Source of the DNA: the human T2T-CHM13v2.0 reference genome, Homo sapiens
NCBI RefSeq assembly: GCF_009914755.1
Contig: NC_060933.1
Direction: 5' to 3' (one strand)
DNA length: 64,000 nucleotides
The notes under the pieces were generated by a model that worked only from the letters and a program-made list of their open reading frames with translations, did no database searches and had not been told where the DNA came from. The position numbers were made by a program, and so were the translations under genes. Of this stretch, positions 32,083 to 45,035 are shown piece by piece; positions within the stretch are counted from its first letter, which is position 1, and the number at the start of each line of letters is the position of its first letter.

Positions 32083-32480
32083 TGTAATGTGTTTAATGGT
32101 GGCCCCCCAAAAGATATGTCCACATCCTAACCCCCAAACCTGTGATTATCACCTTATTTGTGAAATTTGCAGGTGTAACTAAGGATCTTGAGATGAGATC
32201 ATTCTAAATTACCCTAGGAGCTCCTACCTCCAATGATAGGCGTAGTATAAGAGGCAGAAGAGGAAGAAACTTATAGCCACCAGTCAAGGGATGCCTAGAG
32301 CCACCAGAAGCTAAACAAGGCAAGGGAAGTGTTCCCCTTGGACTTTTCAGGAGGAGTGTGGCACTGTTGACATCTTCATGTCAGACTTCTGGTCTACAGA
32401 ACTGTGAGGGAATATTTTATTATTTTAAGCCACTACATTTGTGGTAATATGTTATGACAACCACAGGAATCTAATATACA
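32083..32480 (+). mobile_element. MLT1B/C solo LTR
   Basis: AATGGTGGCCCCCCAAAAGATATGTCCACATCCTAACCCC...CAGACTTCTGG...TTTAAGCCAC...CACAGGAATCTAATA. Confidence 0.85.
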
Positions 32481-33489
32481 ACTCAAACACTCAATGTCTT
32501 TCCTTTTCTGAAGTCATTAGATACCAAGAGCGTAGATTTGAGAGCCAACTCCACAAATGTGGAGACATCTATTTCAACTATCAGTGAAGTTATCAACATA
32601 TGGCAGTGGAGTGTTCTTTATTCCTTCTGAGATTGTTGGGATGACTTGAAGATTTTTTTTTTAATAAAGCACATTGTGAACTATACGCACTATATATGAG
32701 GCAATTGTTGAAGTCTTTCTGTGACATTAAAGTTAGTAATTCCTCATGTTTTACTTTATTGCCAATAAAAATTTAATGAGGTGAAAATGCCTGATAGCTT
32801 CCACTCTCTTCACTGTCTCAATTTGTTCATCTTTAAAATGGGAATTACATGATAATCCTGGTCTCATGGCGTTCTTGAGAGGATTAATTGAGTTAACGAG
32901 TGTAAAGAATTCAGAAGAGTGACACATACTAAAGGCTCTCTAAATATGAATTGTTATCATTATTAATATTATCATTATTATATATGTTAGTATCCTACTT
33001 ACCGATGTACTAATCACAAAGTAGACACTCAACATTTGTGACCTGAGTAAATACCTAATCTAAGTTTGATTTAGCTTGATGTTTCCTAGCAGAAAATCTA
33101 TATATCTGTTATGTATGGATACATTTTTATGGTCTTTCTTCAAACTACTAAGCATGATGGTGTCATGGTGTGGTAAAGGCATCTTGGACTTCAGAGCTAG
33201 ATAGACCTGAGTTCAAATCCTTGCTCAATCCTTCTTTGTAACCAGAGTCAGGTTACTCGTGATAGATATATCTTAGGCTGTCTGCTCAAAGTTTCTTCTC
33301 TTTTCCACCCACATTGTAAAAGCCCCAGCATCCGTGGCCTTGTCAGAGGTTACTGATGACTGAATCAAGATTGAGGATTGGATGCAAGCTTAGCTATGAA
33401 AGTATCTTTACGGGGATTTACGAAGTGAGCTGAGAGAAAGAGAGAGATATTCTTTTCTAGGAATTGAAAACCCAAGCGTTAGTCTGGAG

Positions 33490-33922
33490 TGTTAAAGCAA
33501 ACTAAATATGGTGTGAGAAGGACTCCATACTTCTATATTGGAGTCCTGTGGACGAACTGCAACGTAGCTTAATAGGTAGACAAGATTGAAAGCCTGACTT
33601 AGGAGTATGTGCCTGTAACAATAGCTGAGTTTTGGTCAATCCCAGCAGCCGTATTTCAACCACGCATACACTGCTGAGTGTTCAAACTGTGTTCAAATAA
33701 AGTGAATGACGAGCTGTAACCAATCCAGCTGTTCTGTACCTCACTTCCAATTTCTGTTATGTAATTTCCTTTTTGTTTTGTCTATAAATTTTCTTCAACC
33801 ACGTGGCTGGGCTGGAGTCTCTGTGAATCTGCTGTGGTTCTGGTGGCTGCCCAATTCGCAAATCATTTATTGCTCCGTTAAACTCCTTTAAATTTAATTC
33901 GGCTGAAGTTTTTCTTTTATCA
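33490..33922 (+). mobile_element. MER57A1 solo LTR (ERV1), nested in an older MLT1-like LTR (~33290-34170)
   Basis: TGTTAAAGCAAACTAAATATGG...CCAAT box, TATAAAT, ...CTTTTATCA; perfect 4-bp TSD GGAG at 33486-33489 and 33923-33926. Confidence 0.88.
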
Positions 33923-34940
33923 GGAGAAAGAGAGGTGAGAGAGGACACAAAGGAGTAAAAATGAGATAAAATAGGCTATGTGAAACAGAAAGGAACAAAG
34001 ACAGAACTTCTTGGACATCTAGAAGGTTAGGCTGTATCTTTTGCCTTAGATTCCGTGAGACACATCTGTAGGCTTATAACAAATTTCACTTTTTTTTTTT
34101 TTAAGCCAGTGGCGCTTTGTTCTTGTTGTTAATGCCATTACTTGTAGCTAAAGGAGTCCTAAATAATATACTGTTTATTCTATCTGAGGTTTTTTTCTTC
34201 CTTTTAAAAATGAGTACATGAATATTCAGATCATGGTCTTGATAATTAGAGACGATGTCTACAAAGTGTGCAGCTCCAACTCTGAAGCAATAAAATGTCC
34301 TAACTTATTGAGATCATCCTTCTGCTCCTCTGTTTGCTTCTCCTTCATCATCCTCATTATAATTGCCATGATCCCTTTCCTTTCATGTAAAAAAACAAAA
34401 CCAAACAAAACACAGATGACTGAGTTTGTATTTGAATCATTAGAGGGGACATAAAATATTTTGAATAAATATGTAGATACAATTTTGTCAACTTTCCAAG
34501 GCTTAATAAAGCCATGTATTTCATTAACTATGTTTTTTTCTAAGTGCTTCAACTAGGATTAGAAGATATCAAAGCATTTAGCCCACCATATTTTGTCTAC
34601 ATTCGTCCAAATGAGCAGATGTTCCCAAGTCTTTTTAGAGATTGTTTTGATATGTGCACCCACCCTTGGCTACTAGATGGATGGTTCTAATTAGTTTAGT
34701 CAATTGAGTCAAATAATCAGTCATTCAATCAAGCAATCAGTTGACCTGCTTCTACCCTTCTCCCCTCACCAAAGTGGCTTATTTGATTATGCTGTTGTTC
34801 AGTTTTACATTTAATCCTCATGCGTGTCCCCTTAAGTAGAAGAGTCAGCCATTACAAGGCATAACATGATTTTTTCAAAACTAAATGGGATAGACTTTGG
34901 GTTTTCTGATTTCCAGAGAAACTACTTTTCCTCCACAGAT

Positions 34941-34976
34941 CACACACACACACACACACACGCGCACACACACACA

Positions 34977-35015
<39 letters not shown>

Positions 35016-35026
35016 ACATACACACA
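34941..35026. repeat. (CA)n microsatellite
   Basis: Seen directly; about 85 bp with a few interruptions. Confidence 0.97.
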
Positions 35027-37719
35027 GGGGAAAGAAGCAACTACCTTTGCCCTGAAGTACAAGCCATTTTTACTTTACAGGTGGGGAAACTAAAGTTCAG
35101 AGAGATGTGACTTTGCCAATGTCACAGGGCAATGGGTGTTCCAAGGGACTGAACCAAAACTCACAAAATCTAGATCCCCTATTCAGTAAGACGCAGTACC
35201 TAAGTAACATAAGACACAGTACCTAAGGGACAGAAGCCTGATCTGGGGCTCCAAAGAGCATAGTTTTGCAGACAAGACCAAACCATGGAAATAGATAGCT
35301 TCTGGCAAAAGAAGGTCTAGAAAACTCAGTGTAGATAAGGTGGAAGGGGTTGCTGCAATGGCCCAAGCATAAAGTGGGAAGAGTGTAGAGAGGAAAAGCA
35401 GATCTGAACAAGATTGGCTTCCCCCTTGCAGGCTGCATTTGCCTTCATTGAAAAACAAAACAAAAAATTAATTCAAGAAGCATTATCTATAGAAAGTGAA
35501 CTGGATGGGCCGTTTGCCTAGAGCTAAATATGCTGACTCTATTTTTGTTCATTTCCAGCTACTTTGTATTTAATTAATGTTTCTGTAATGGCTTGTTTGA
35601 GGCAGTAAACCTCTTTAGTAATAAACTACATCTTTTTTGTTATATCTTTGGGTTCATCAAAGAGCACAAGAAATAGTTTTAAAATGCTGAATGATTTTTT
35701 AGATATGACATTCCCCCAGCCTCGCAATTCCTTTTTCTTGCTATTAACGCTAAAAGACTCAATTTAAAGGTCATTTTCTCCAGGAAGCTTTTCCCATTTT
35801 CACCTTTTTCCATTAAAATCAGTGTCCCCACTCCCTGAAAATGTTGCATGTATGTCTATTGATGCAAGCATGTTATTCTGCTTTATTTCTGTGTTAAATT
35901 ACTGAAGACAGACTGCCTTCCTAGCTGTAGGGTCCCAGAAATTTGTAACCATTTTACCTCAATACTTAGGCCTAGGATAGTTATTTTCACTTTTGATAGG
36001 AGAAAAATTTGATAAGTAAATAAGAAATAATATGAATATGGCTCTCACACATGTTGAGTAACTCCTAGGCAAAAGCTGTAAAGTTTGATTTTGGTATTTC
36101 TCCTTAAATATTTAGTATTTGTGGCTTTCTCTTCCCTAACATCCAAGAAGTTTCATGGGATTATCATAAACTAAACCATACTAAGATATAGAGTACTAAA
36201 AATATCATAGGGGAGTTTCTTCTTAGCTTGGAAAAGGCATACAGTTGAAGGATTCTGAGCTCATTGAATTGACAGAGATGACTTTAGTTGGGGAGATGGA
36301 TCAAGAAATGGGTGCTTCTTAAATTGGTCTAAATTGATAGTTTTAAAACATGTTTTATCCTTTTGGAGATCTAGGTGTGGCTAATTGTGATTGGAAATAG
36401 GGTCACTGGAATCCTGAGTTTGGATTAGTTTTAGCTCTGTCAATCCTGTGGCCTGGATTACACAAAATAAGTCTCAGCTTCCAAGATTTTCTATTCATTA
36501 CTTCTAGAATATCAGCTGAAAAAAAATTAAAAATTACCTTTGGAATCCAGGGCTAGAATTGGATATGAACCAGGAATAGTAAAATCAAACAACTGAGTAG
36601 TTGAGTATTAGTCATTTTGTGTATTCAAACCTGGGGCAAGGTAGGCCAAATATATGGAAGCTGGTCATTATATGGAAGGAAAGAAGAAGGGAAAGGAAAA
36701 GGGATGAAGAAAAAGAGAAAAGAAAAAAGCAAGAAAAGTAAAAAGGAAAGAGCAAATAGTTGAGAGCTAACCTGGGCACATTAAATACCATGTCATTAAC
36801 TGTTGGAAAAATAGACGTATCCCACAAAACCCAAGTGCATAGTAACCGACATAAATATTTTCTGCAAAGATCTACTCCATCCTGGGTTTACGTCTGTTTA
36901 TAATTGATGACAGCAACTCTTGGCTCGAGAGGACAATCTTTATTCACATCACTCCGCTAGGCTAGTTTTAATTGCCCAAATATAATTCAATCTTTAGAGT
37001 TTGTAGTTCTTAACTAGGTAATGTCAACATGGGAACTGGCCAATGGAACATGAATGGGAAGACAGCTACCTTTGTTCAAATTTTCTCTTAAGGTGGATTA
37101 AAACCAGAACCTTCTACATATTGTTTCTCACTTTTTCTTTACATCATTGTTTTCTATAGTATAAGATTATACAAAGATCTAATATACTGGCCAACTATTT
37201 ATTTTTATCTTTCACTCTTACAGTAATCAGAAAATATTTAATGTTAATTGGATATTACCCTCTGTTAGTACTTTGATTTATGTATAAGCCCTTGGAATTT
37301 ATTAGTCACTCACATTTTAATGTTATCCTCACATTAATACAATCAAGGCATTTCTCTATACTCTCACACTTTCTATATTATGTTTTATAGATAAAAAAAT
37401 ATGAAGGTCACAAACCGGTAAATAACAGAGATGAGATTTGTGTGCAAATCTGTTGGGTTCCAAAATGTGTTCTCTTTCTTGTCCTGCCATCATAAATATT
37501 TTGATCCTAAATGTTACACAGTCTCGTGATGAAAAGCTGCACCAAGTATTGTCTGAAAGACTTTATTTAGCACTTGTATATAGACATATTTGGTAATAAA
37601 AACTTTGCCACCAGAAAGGCTTTCATCAAAGTTATTAGCAAGTAGCATTTAGCGTACTTTACCATTTCCAGAAAATTTGACAAATACTTTCTCATTTAAT
37701 CTTTCCAGCAATGAGTTAA

Positions 37720-38129
37720 GTGAACCAGTTAGGACAGCTGAAGCTGTGAGGCAGTGGTAAATATACTCCTAAATCTCTGTGGCTATAAGCAACACAAGTT
37801 TATTACTCTCTAGTGCCATGTCTAATGGGAGGGAGGTAACTCTTCAAGACAGCTTTTCATGTGGCAATGCAGGGATACAGAGTGCTTCTGTTTTGTGGCT
37901 CTGCCATCTCAACAAATGGTTTTCTTGATTGTTGTGTCAGGGGAAGAGAAAGTATAGAGAACTAACTCTTGCTTCTCAAGTTCTGTTATTAAAAGTGACA
38001 CTTATTACAGCCCATTGGCCAGAAATAGTCACATGACCTCAGCCTAGCTGTGAGGAAATCTGGAAAGTCTTCTCACAATCTTAGGAAGGAGAAGACTAGC
38101 TGTGGTCAGTGTTAGTAATTTCTACCACA
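37720..38129 (-). mobile_element. Old MLT1 (J/K/L-like) LTR inserted in a MIR
   Basis: AAATCTCTGTGGCT...AGTTTATT...CCATTGGCCAGAAATAGTCACATGACC...CTACCACA. Confidence 0.7.
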
Positions 38130-39460
38130 GAAAGTTTGTACTCTTTTCTCCATTTTGTATAAAACTCTTCCCTTATGCTTCCAGGAAACATCTGGATTGC
38201 TCTGTAATGGGAAGAATCCCATGTTATTTATGACCAATCAAAAGTAACTCAATATGCCATAGTTATTCAATCTTCCCCATAGTTCATCTTTATTTCCTTT
38301 GTTTCCTTTAGAAATCAAGCTGAATTGAACATTCAGAAATCACACTTTCTTTGTATTTTCTCTTTATTCTTCTTATCTTTTCTTATCTGGAATCTCAAAA
38401 AATTTTATCACTACAATTTGTTTTCAGTCTGTCTAGTCAACTGTAGTCTGGATTCTCACTTCTTTAGACTGCTTCACCAACAAAATAAATTAAACTTTAT
38501 AATGCTGTATTAATAACCTCTCATAGTAGAACACTGATATTTTATTAACTTAAAAAATTTCCACAACTAGAGAGAAGATGTGGAGGAATAAATGGTGCTA
38601 AGAGAGGACAAACCCTATCTTTTCACGTACAGAAATAAAACTAAGGTTCAGTGATTTTAATGAAGTTGCCCAAGGTCACAGAGCTATTTATTGTGGCTGG
38701 TGTGGTGATGGCTGTGTTTATGAGGACAGAGACAAAAGGGTGATGAGGATAATGATATTTGGACTAAGTCCTTTTCAGCAGTCCTGAGGTTGTTTCCTGC
38801 TATGGGAGAAGAAATATAGTTCATCTTTGTACTCCTCAAAAACATTGTTGATGAAAAAAAGTAAAGAAGAGTTTGCATCACTCTGCAAAGATTTTCTTTT
38901 CTTGAAGTTCCTGCCATCCATATATACTAATCTTTATATGGCAAGGCAGTATCACTTATCCATTTATTTTATTCAACACATATTTATTGAGCAATTACTA
39001 TATGCAACGTTTTAAGCACTAAGAATACAGGGTCTACTGAAATGACCATCCTTTCATACTTCCACCAGAAATGCTCTCTGTAGCATTCATAAAATCTCCA
39101 GTTCAGCTTTTCCTACCCAAGCGTATCTTAGTTTACTTATGAAGCAGCGTGGCTGCTGGCTGACACATATCACTCAGTGCTCCCCTCCCCTTATCATGTA
39201 TGGTAGGACACTGCTATTTGCCTCCCTCCAAAAGAATCTAGGGATTTCCCAAATTAACACAAGAGTAAGCACAATTAGACTTATTTAAACTCAGGAGAAA
39301 CATGTTTTGCTCATGAAGTAGTGGAAAACCTGACATCATGTTTAAACTTAATCCAACTGCAATCAGATGTCTAAAGTTCAGAACTGAAATGTCAGACAGG
39401 AAAAAAGTGTTATCCTCATGGCTACTGTGCTCTAAGCCGAAGATGATTCAAGAAAAAGAC

Positions 39461-39463
39461 TGT

Positions 39464-39499
<36 letters not shown>

Positions 39500-39513
39500 T
39501 TGTGTGTGTGTGT
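39461..39513. repeat. (TG)n microsatellite
   Basis: Seen directly. Confidence 0.97.
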
Positions 39514-40652
39514 TTCCTCAGACCATTAGACAATTACTAGCACTAGGAACTGGGGAATTACAATATGATTGAACAATTAGGAAATGTGGACTAAATCTGA
39601 GATTTGGGATCTCTTTGGGTGGTTTTGAGATTTTCTTGAAACATGTACAGAAGTAAAAGCAAATTGCAGACACAAACTGTCTCTTTTTTTTCTGATAGAT
39701 ACCTTTGCATAATTTTTTTTTGGCTCTCTGATTTTTACTCTTCTATGGTTAAAATATTTACAAGCAGACTGGAAAGCTTTTCTGGAAAAAGGAGATTTAG
39801 ATTTCAAAATATAAAATTTGCTAGTCAGTAAAGTTGAAGAATTTTTTTTCTTATGCATGGAGTTTATCTTCTGGTAAATAGTATATATTTATATCATTAT
39901 TTCCCACTAGCAAAGAAGCGATGTATAGAATAAAGGCATTTGGGAAATTATTTTGTCTTTAAATATGTCTTTTGCTTACAAGTTATTTTTCTTATTGAGC
40001 CAATTTCTCTTTCCTCCTCTTCATAGACACCTTCCTATGCTTCTTCACTAAATTTGGAAAATCCTTACCAAGCATCTTCTACATGGCAATCACTGCTAGG
40101 CCCTAAGGATCTCACAATTTAAACAAAATCAGGTTATGAAGCTACGGGACAAGTGCTGTGAAGTTTGATGTGGGGACCATAATGAGTGGAGAGAGGAGCC
40201 GTCTAATTCTGCCTAGAAATTTGCAAGATTATTTCACAAAACAAGTGCAATTTATGTTGTGTTTTGCAGGAGCAGTAGGGCAGTTTGGCCAACAAAGCAT
40301 GAGAGCAAGGACACTGCAGCAACTGGAATTCCTAGGTCATAGATGCAGATGACAGCAATACGGCTGGAATACAGGGCAGGTGGAGTGAGCTTTGGTGGGA
40401 AGTGAGGCCATAGGAAGAATAGTCATGAAGAGCATGGCAGGCCATATGAAGATGGTTTTCTTGTGGCTCTGAGTGTGTCTTTTGGCCTGTCTGCCAACCT
40501 ATAAAATTAACGCAACACAAAATGGGTACATATGTAGCCAGGAGAAATTAAAGTGATATGTCCAAGTGGTTCTCAAAGATACAGTACTTGAGCATGACTA
40601 GCTTTGTGGCTTCCCAGGGATTTTCCAACAGTTCATTAAATAAAGTGATTTA

Positions 40653-40990
40653 GGTCGGGCGCGATGGCTCACGCCTGTAATCCCAGCACTTTGGGAGGCC
40701 AAGGCGGGCAGATAACCTGAGGTGAGGAGTTTGAGACCAGCCTGACCAACGTGGAGAAACCCTGTCTCTACTAAAAATACAAAATTAGCCGGGCATGGTG
40801 GCGTATGCCTGTAATCCCAGCTACTCGGGGGGCTGATGCAGGAGAATCGCTTGGTGGAGGTTGCAGTGAGCCGAGATCACGCCATTGCACTCCAGCCTGG
40901 GCAACAAGAGCAAGAGCAAAACTCCATCTCAAAAACAAACAAACAAACAAAAACAAAAAAACAAAAAACAAAAAAAATCACACACAAAAA
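40653..40990 (+). mobile_element. AluSp with a ~10-nt right-arm deletion and an (AAAC)n tail
   Basis: CTGACCAAC.TGGAGAAACC Sp diagnostic; GAATCGCTTGGTGGAGG lacks AACCCGGGAG; CAAGAG is duplicated. Confidence 0.93.
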
Positions 40991-43283
40991 GATTTACTGA
41001 GATCTATTGAGTACTTTCTACAGAACCAGCAGAGAATCCAAGACTGTGGAAAAGAACCAGGAAATATCTAGTATGTTTTATTTAAGATAATGAAAGGAGA
41101 GAATGGGATGGCTCAATTGCTTCAATTACTGACTACCATTAGTTGAGTTTCTACAATATGCAAGTCATTGTGTTTGAAGCAAGAAAGAACCACATTTATA
41201 TCTACTACATCATTTACCAAAAGGAACCACTTGTCTTGAAGAGGCACATAGTGTACTACCTAAATAATGTACACAAACAAATGTGATAAAAGGAAAATTA
41301 TATACAAAATGTCTCCGACAGAGTTTCCGTTAGGGTAATTTGTATAGAAAGAGACTGGATATTACTGAGTATCCTCTATAATCCTCTGTAAAACCAGAAG
41401 TTAGCAAATACAATCTCATCATCTTCACAACAATTCCCCAAAATAGACATCCTTATCTTCATTTTACAACCAAGGAAATAGCTGAAAGAGGTTAAGGTAA
41501 CCTGCCTAAATATAAACCACTGCTATAAGTAAGGACTTGAACTTAGGTGTTTCTAGTTACATAGTCATGTTTTTCTGCATGTTATATGGGCTAAGTGAAA
41601 TTTAGAATAGCTTGAAGAAAGGAGTGACATTCAAGAAAATCTGATTCTGACATTCTCATAAAGACACAGCCTTATGTATCTTAGCTCTTCTATTAAAAGC
41701 TGGCAAATATGTCTCATTGTTCAAAGTGGTCAAACTTAGATAAAAACAAAGCAATGGAAACTTTCAGACTTAGCAAGTTCAGATGGTCTCCCGTGCAGAC
41801 ACAGGAGTTCCATGGCATGTAATGTGTATGTATCCTTCTAACTTGCTTAAAATCATCTGGCGCCAGTTATGTGGCTGGAACCAGTTTGCAATCACTCCTG
41901 TTTGTTTTTCAAACATTTATAATAACATTGAATAAATAATATTAGCCCATGCACATTGTTCATTGCCAGGGAATACATTAACAGAACCCTCAGTTCTCTA
42001 AGTACAATTTTGGTTGAGAAGACTTATCGGCTCTGGTATTAAAGATGTTAAGAAGTGAAAGTTTGCATGTGATGAGATGGAGTGTAAATGACTTTGGTTT
42101 GAAGCCCCGTCACTTGAAATGTGGACAGGGCCATGAAAGGCTTCAGTGAAAAAGTAAACTTGAGATTGTAAATAATGCCTGATCTGACATTTCCTTTGTG
42201 GGGATGCCAGTAATGGGGTCCAGCTGCCAAATGCAACGCTCCATTGAGTCATGGGAGAAAACAACTTTTTTTTTTTTTCAAACTGATATTGTGAGTTAAA
42301 ATGCACAGCTACATGCCATTTGTTTTTCTACTTTACAACAATTCAAACCAGACTATTTTCTACTGCAGCCACAGAAAAACAATCCTCGTGGCCAGCCCCC
42401 ATCCTTCCTCCCTCCTGACAGATATCTTTTGTTCTCAAAATACAGGTTGGAAATGGGAGCTGTTTACTGAGTTTTTTTTTTTTTTTTACTGAGGTTGCAT
42501 GATGAAAAGCTTTCATAACTGATCCTGAGGTGCTACAGTGTTTTAATCAGTGTGTAGGATTTTAATTAATCCCAGGGCTGTCCCCTTTCTCAGAAGCTAA
42601 AGGTGCAAGTTTATATTCCTCTAGGTTATGTTTGAGTGAGGCTGAAAGACCCCTTTAGAAGACAGAACAGAGAATGCAAAGAGATTCATGCTGGAGATAG
42701 AGACCTGAATTCTATCTTGTGTCTGTTTTTTCTGGGATTGTTGCCCCGTCTGCATGATAAGGAGACTTGAAGAATGACTTTGCAACCACTGGGCCAAGAC
42801 TCAGGATAATGTGAATATACACAGAGATGTTTTGATTTTAAGTTTATCCATAAGTGCTTTGTAATCACTGAAGTCAAAGGCTAATGTCATAGTCTGTAAA
42901 TTCTACTCACATTTTTAGAATTCTTAAAGTCAAAACTGGACAGCCATAGTTAAATTGGTTTATTCGGTTTATTCTCCTGTGTCCTCGTTTGTAGAATAAA
43001 AGGGTGGGCCAGGGTAGAGACTCTATGGCTTCTGGAACAAAGTTCAATTTCCTGGATTCACAGTCAAGTTTCTTCAGGATCTGACCACTTGACATCCCTC
43101 CAGATCTCAGATCTGCCTCCTACAAGCCCTGTGCACATTCCCATGTCCTAAATGTTAATTGTCCAGAGATCTTTACTATTTTACACTTTTTGCCTTCTGA
43201 TAAGTTACTGCTTCTGCTTAGAATTTACTTAACTTGCATGATTAAGCCAGAGTAGTAAATAGCATATTCTAGAGATACTGGCA

Positions 43284-43600
43284 TTTTTTTCTTTTTTTCT
43301 TTTTTTTTTTTTAATTGAGATGGAGTCTTACTCTGTCACCCAGGCTGGAGTGCAGTGGCGTGATCTTGGCTCACAGTAACCTCCGCCTCCCAGTTGCAAG
43401 CGATTCTCCCACCTCAGCCTCCTGAGTCTCTGGGATTACAGGCGCGCATCACCAAGTCCGGCTAATTTTTGTATTTTTAGTAGAGATGGGGGTTTCTCCA
43501 AGTTGGCCAGGCTGGTCTTGAACTCCTGACCTCAGGTGAACCACCCCCCCTTGGCCTCCTGAAGTGCTGGGAATACATGCATGAACCACCGCGCCCGGCC
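43284..43600 (-). mobile_element. AluSx, full length
   Basis: Reverse dimer; TSD GAGATACTGGC(A/C)TTTTT. Confidence 0.95.
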
Positions 43601-44634
43601 TGAGATACTGGCCTTTTTAAGTGAATTCCATGAGACATTGGTCTCATAAATGTTTCTCTGGTGAGTTGGGCATGTGTTTTGGGGAGAAGTGGGAAGGGGA
43701 GAAGTTTTCATAATGAAAAAATTAGGAACAATGATGTTTATTCTGCCAATTACAGAACCATGACACAGGTAAGCATAATAAAGGTTCTGAGAATTCCTGA
43801 AAAAGAAAACTGTTTAAGCCAGCATTTCCCAAATGTCCGTGATGACAAATTCCTTCTGTTACATAACAGCTACAAACACACTCCAGATCACAGTGGGAAA
43901 CACCTGTTCAAGTTAATATAAAACATATGTCACCTACAGATTATAAATTTTTAAGGACCGATGATGTGCTTCATTCTTAGCAATACAATTTAATTAGTTT
44001 TTAAATTTTGAGATAATTATAGTTTTCATATGCAGTTGTAGGACATTATAGAGATATCTATGTACTGTTTACTCAGTTTCCCCCAATGATAATATCTTGC
44101 AAGTCTATAGGACAGTATCACAACCAAGATATTAATGTTCATACAGCAAAGCTACAGAACATTTCTGTAACCCCTAGGATCCCTGAAGTTGACCTTTTAT
44201 AGCCACAACCACTTCTCTCCAGCCCCTATTCCTTTCTTAACCCCTGGTAACTAGTAATCTATTCTCTATTTTTATAATTTTGTCATTTCAAGAAAGTTAT
44301 GTGAACAGAATAATACAATATGTAATCTTTTGCATTTGGATTTTTTACTTGACATAAGAGCATTCAGATAGTTGCATATATTAGTAGTTTGTTCATTATT
44401 ATTGTTGAGTACTATCCCATGGTATGGATGTATCACAATTTGTTTAATCACTTACCTGCTAAAGGATGTTTGAGCTTTTTTTTTTTTCTAGTTTTAGGTT
44501 GTTATGAATAAAGCTGCTATAAACATTAGTGTATGGGTTTTTGTTTGAATATAAATCTTCATTTCTCTGGGTTAAATGCCCAAGAATGCAATGGCAGTAT
44601 CATGTGGTAGTTGAATGTTAGTTTTAAGAAACTA

Positions 44635-45035
44635 CCCATCAATGGTGGATTGAATAAAGAAATGTCATACATATACACCATGGAATACGATGCAGCCATA
44701 AAAAAGAATAAAATCATGTCTTGCAGCAACATGTTTGGAGCTGAAGACAATAATCCTAAATGAATTAACACAGGAATAGAACCAAATACGGCATGTTCTA
44801 ACTTATAAGTGGAAGCTAAACATTGATCACACATGGGCATAAACATAGGAACAATAGACACTACAGACTACTAGTGGGGGTAAAAGGGACGGGGCATGGG
44901 TTGAAAAACTACCTATTGGGTACCAGGCTCACTACCTGGGTCCAAAATACCCATGTCACAATCTTACACATGAACCCTCTGTATCTAAAATAAAAGCTGA
45001 AATTAAAAACAACAATGACAACAACAAAAGCAAAC
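44635..45035 (+). mobile_element. L1PA16/17-like 3' end nested in the L1MC
   Basis: ORF2 C-terminus plus 3' UTR AACAATAGACACT...GGTTGAAAAACTACCTATTGGGTAC...TCTAAAATAAAAG and an A-rich tail. Confidence 0.85.

Noticed and set aside
34941-39513. Complementary (CA)n and (TG)n tracts as a functional long-range pair
   Set aside because: Both are common microsatellites 4.5 kb apart and nothing else links them.
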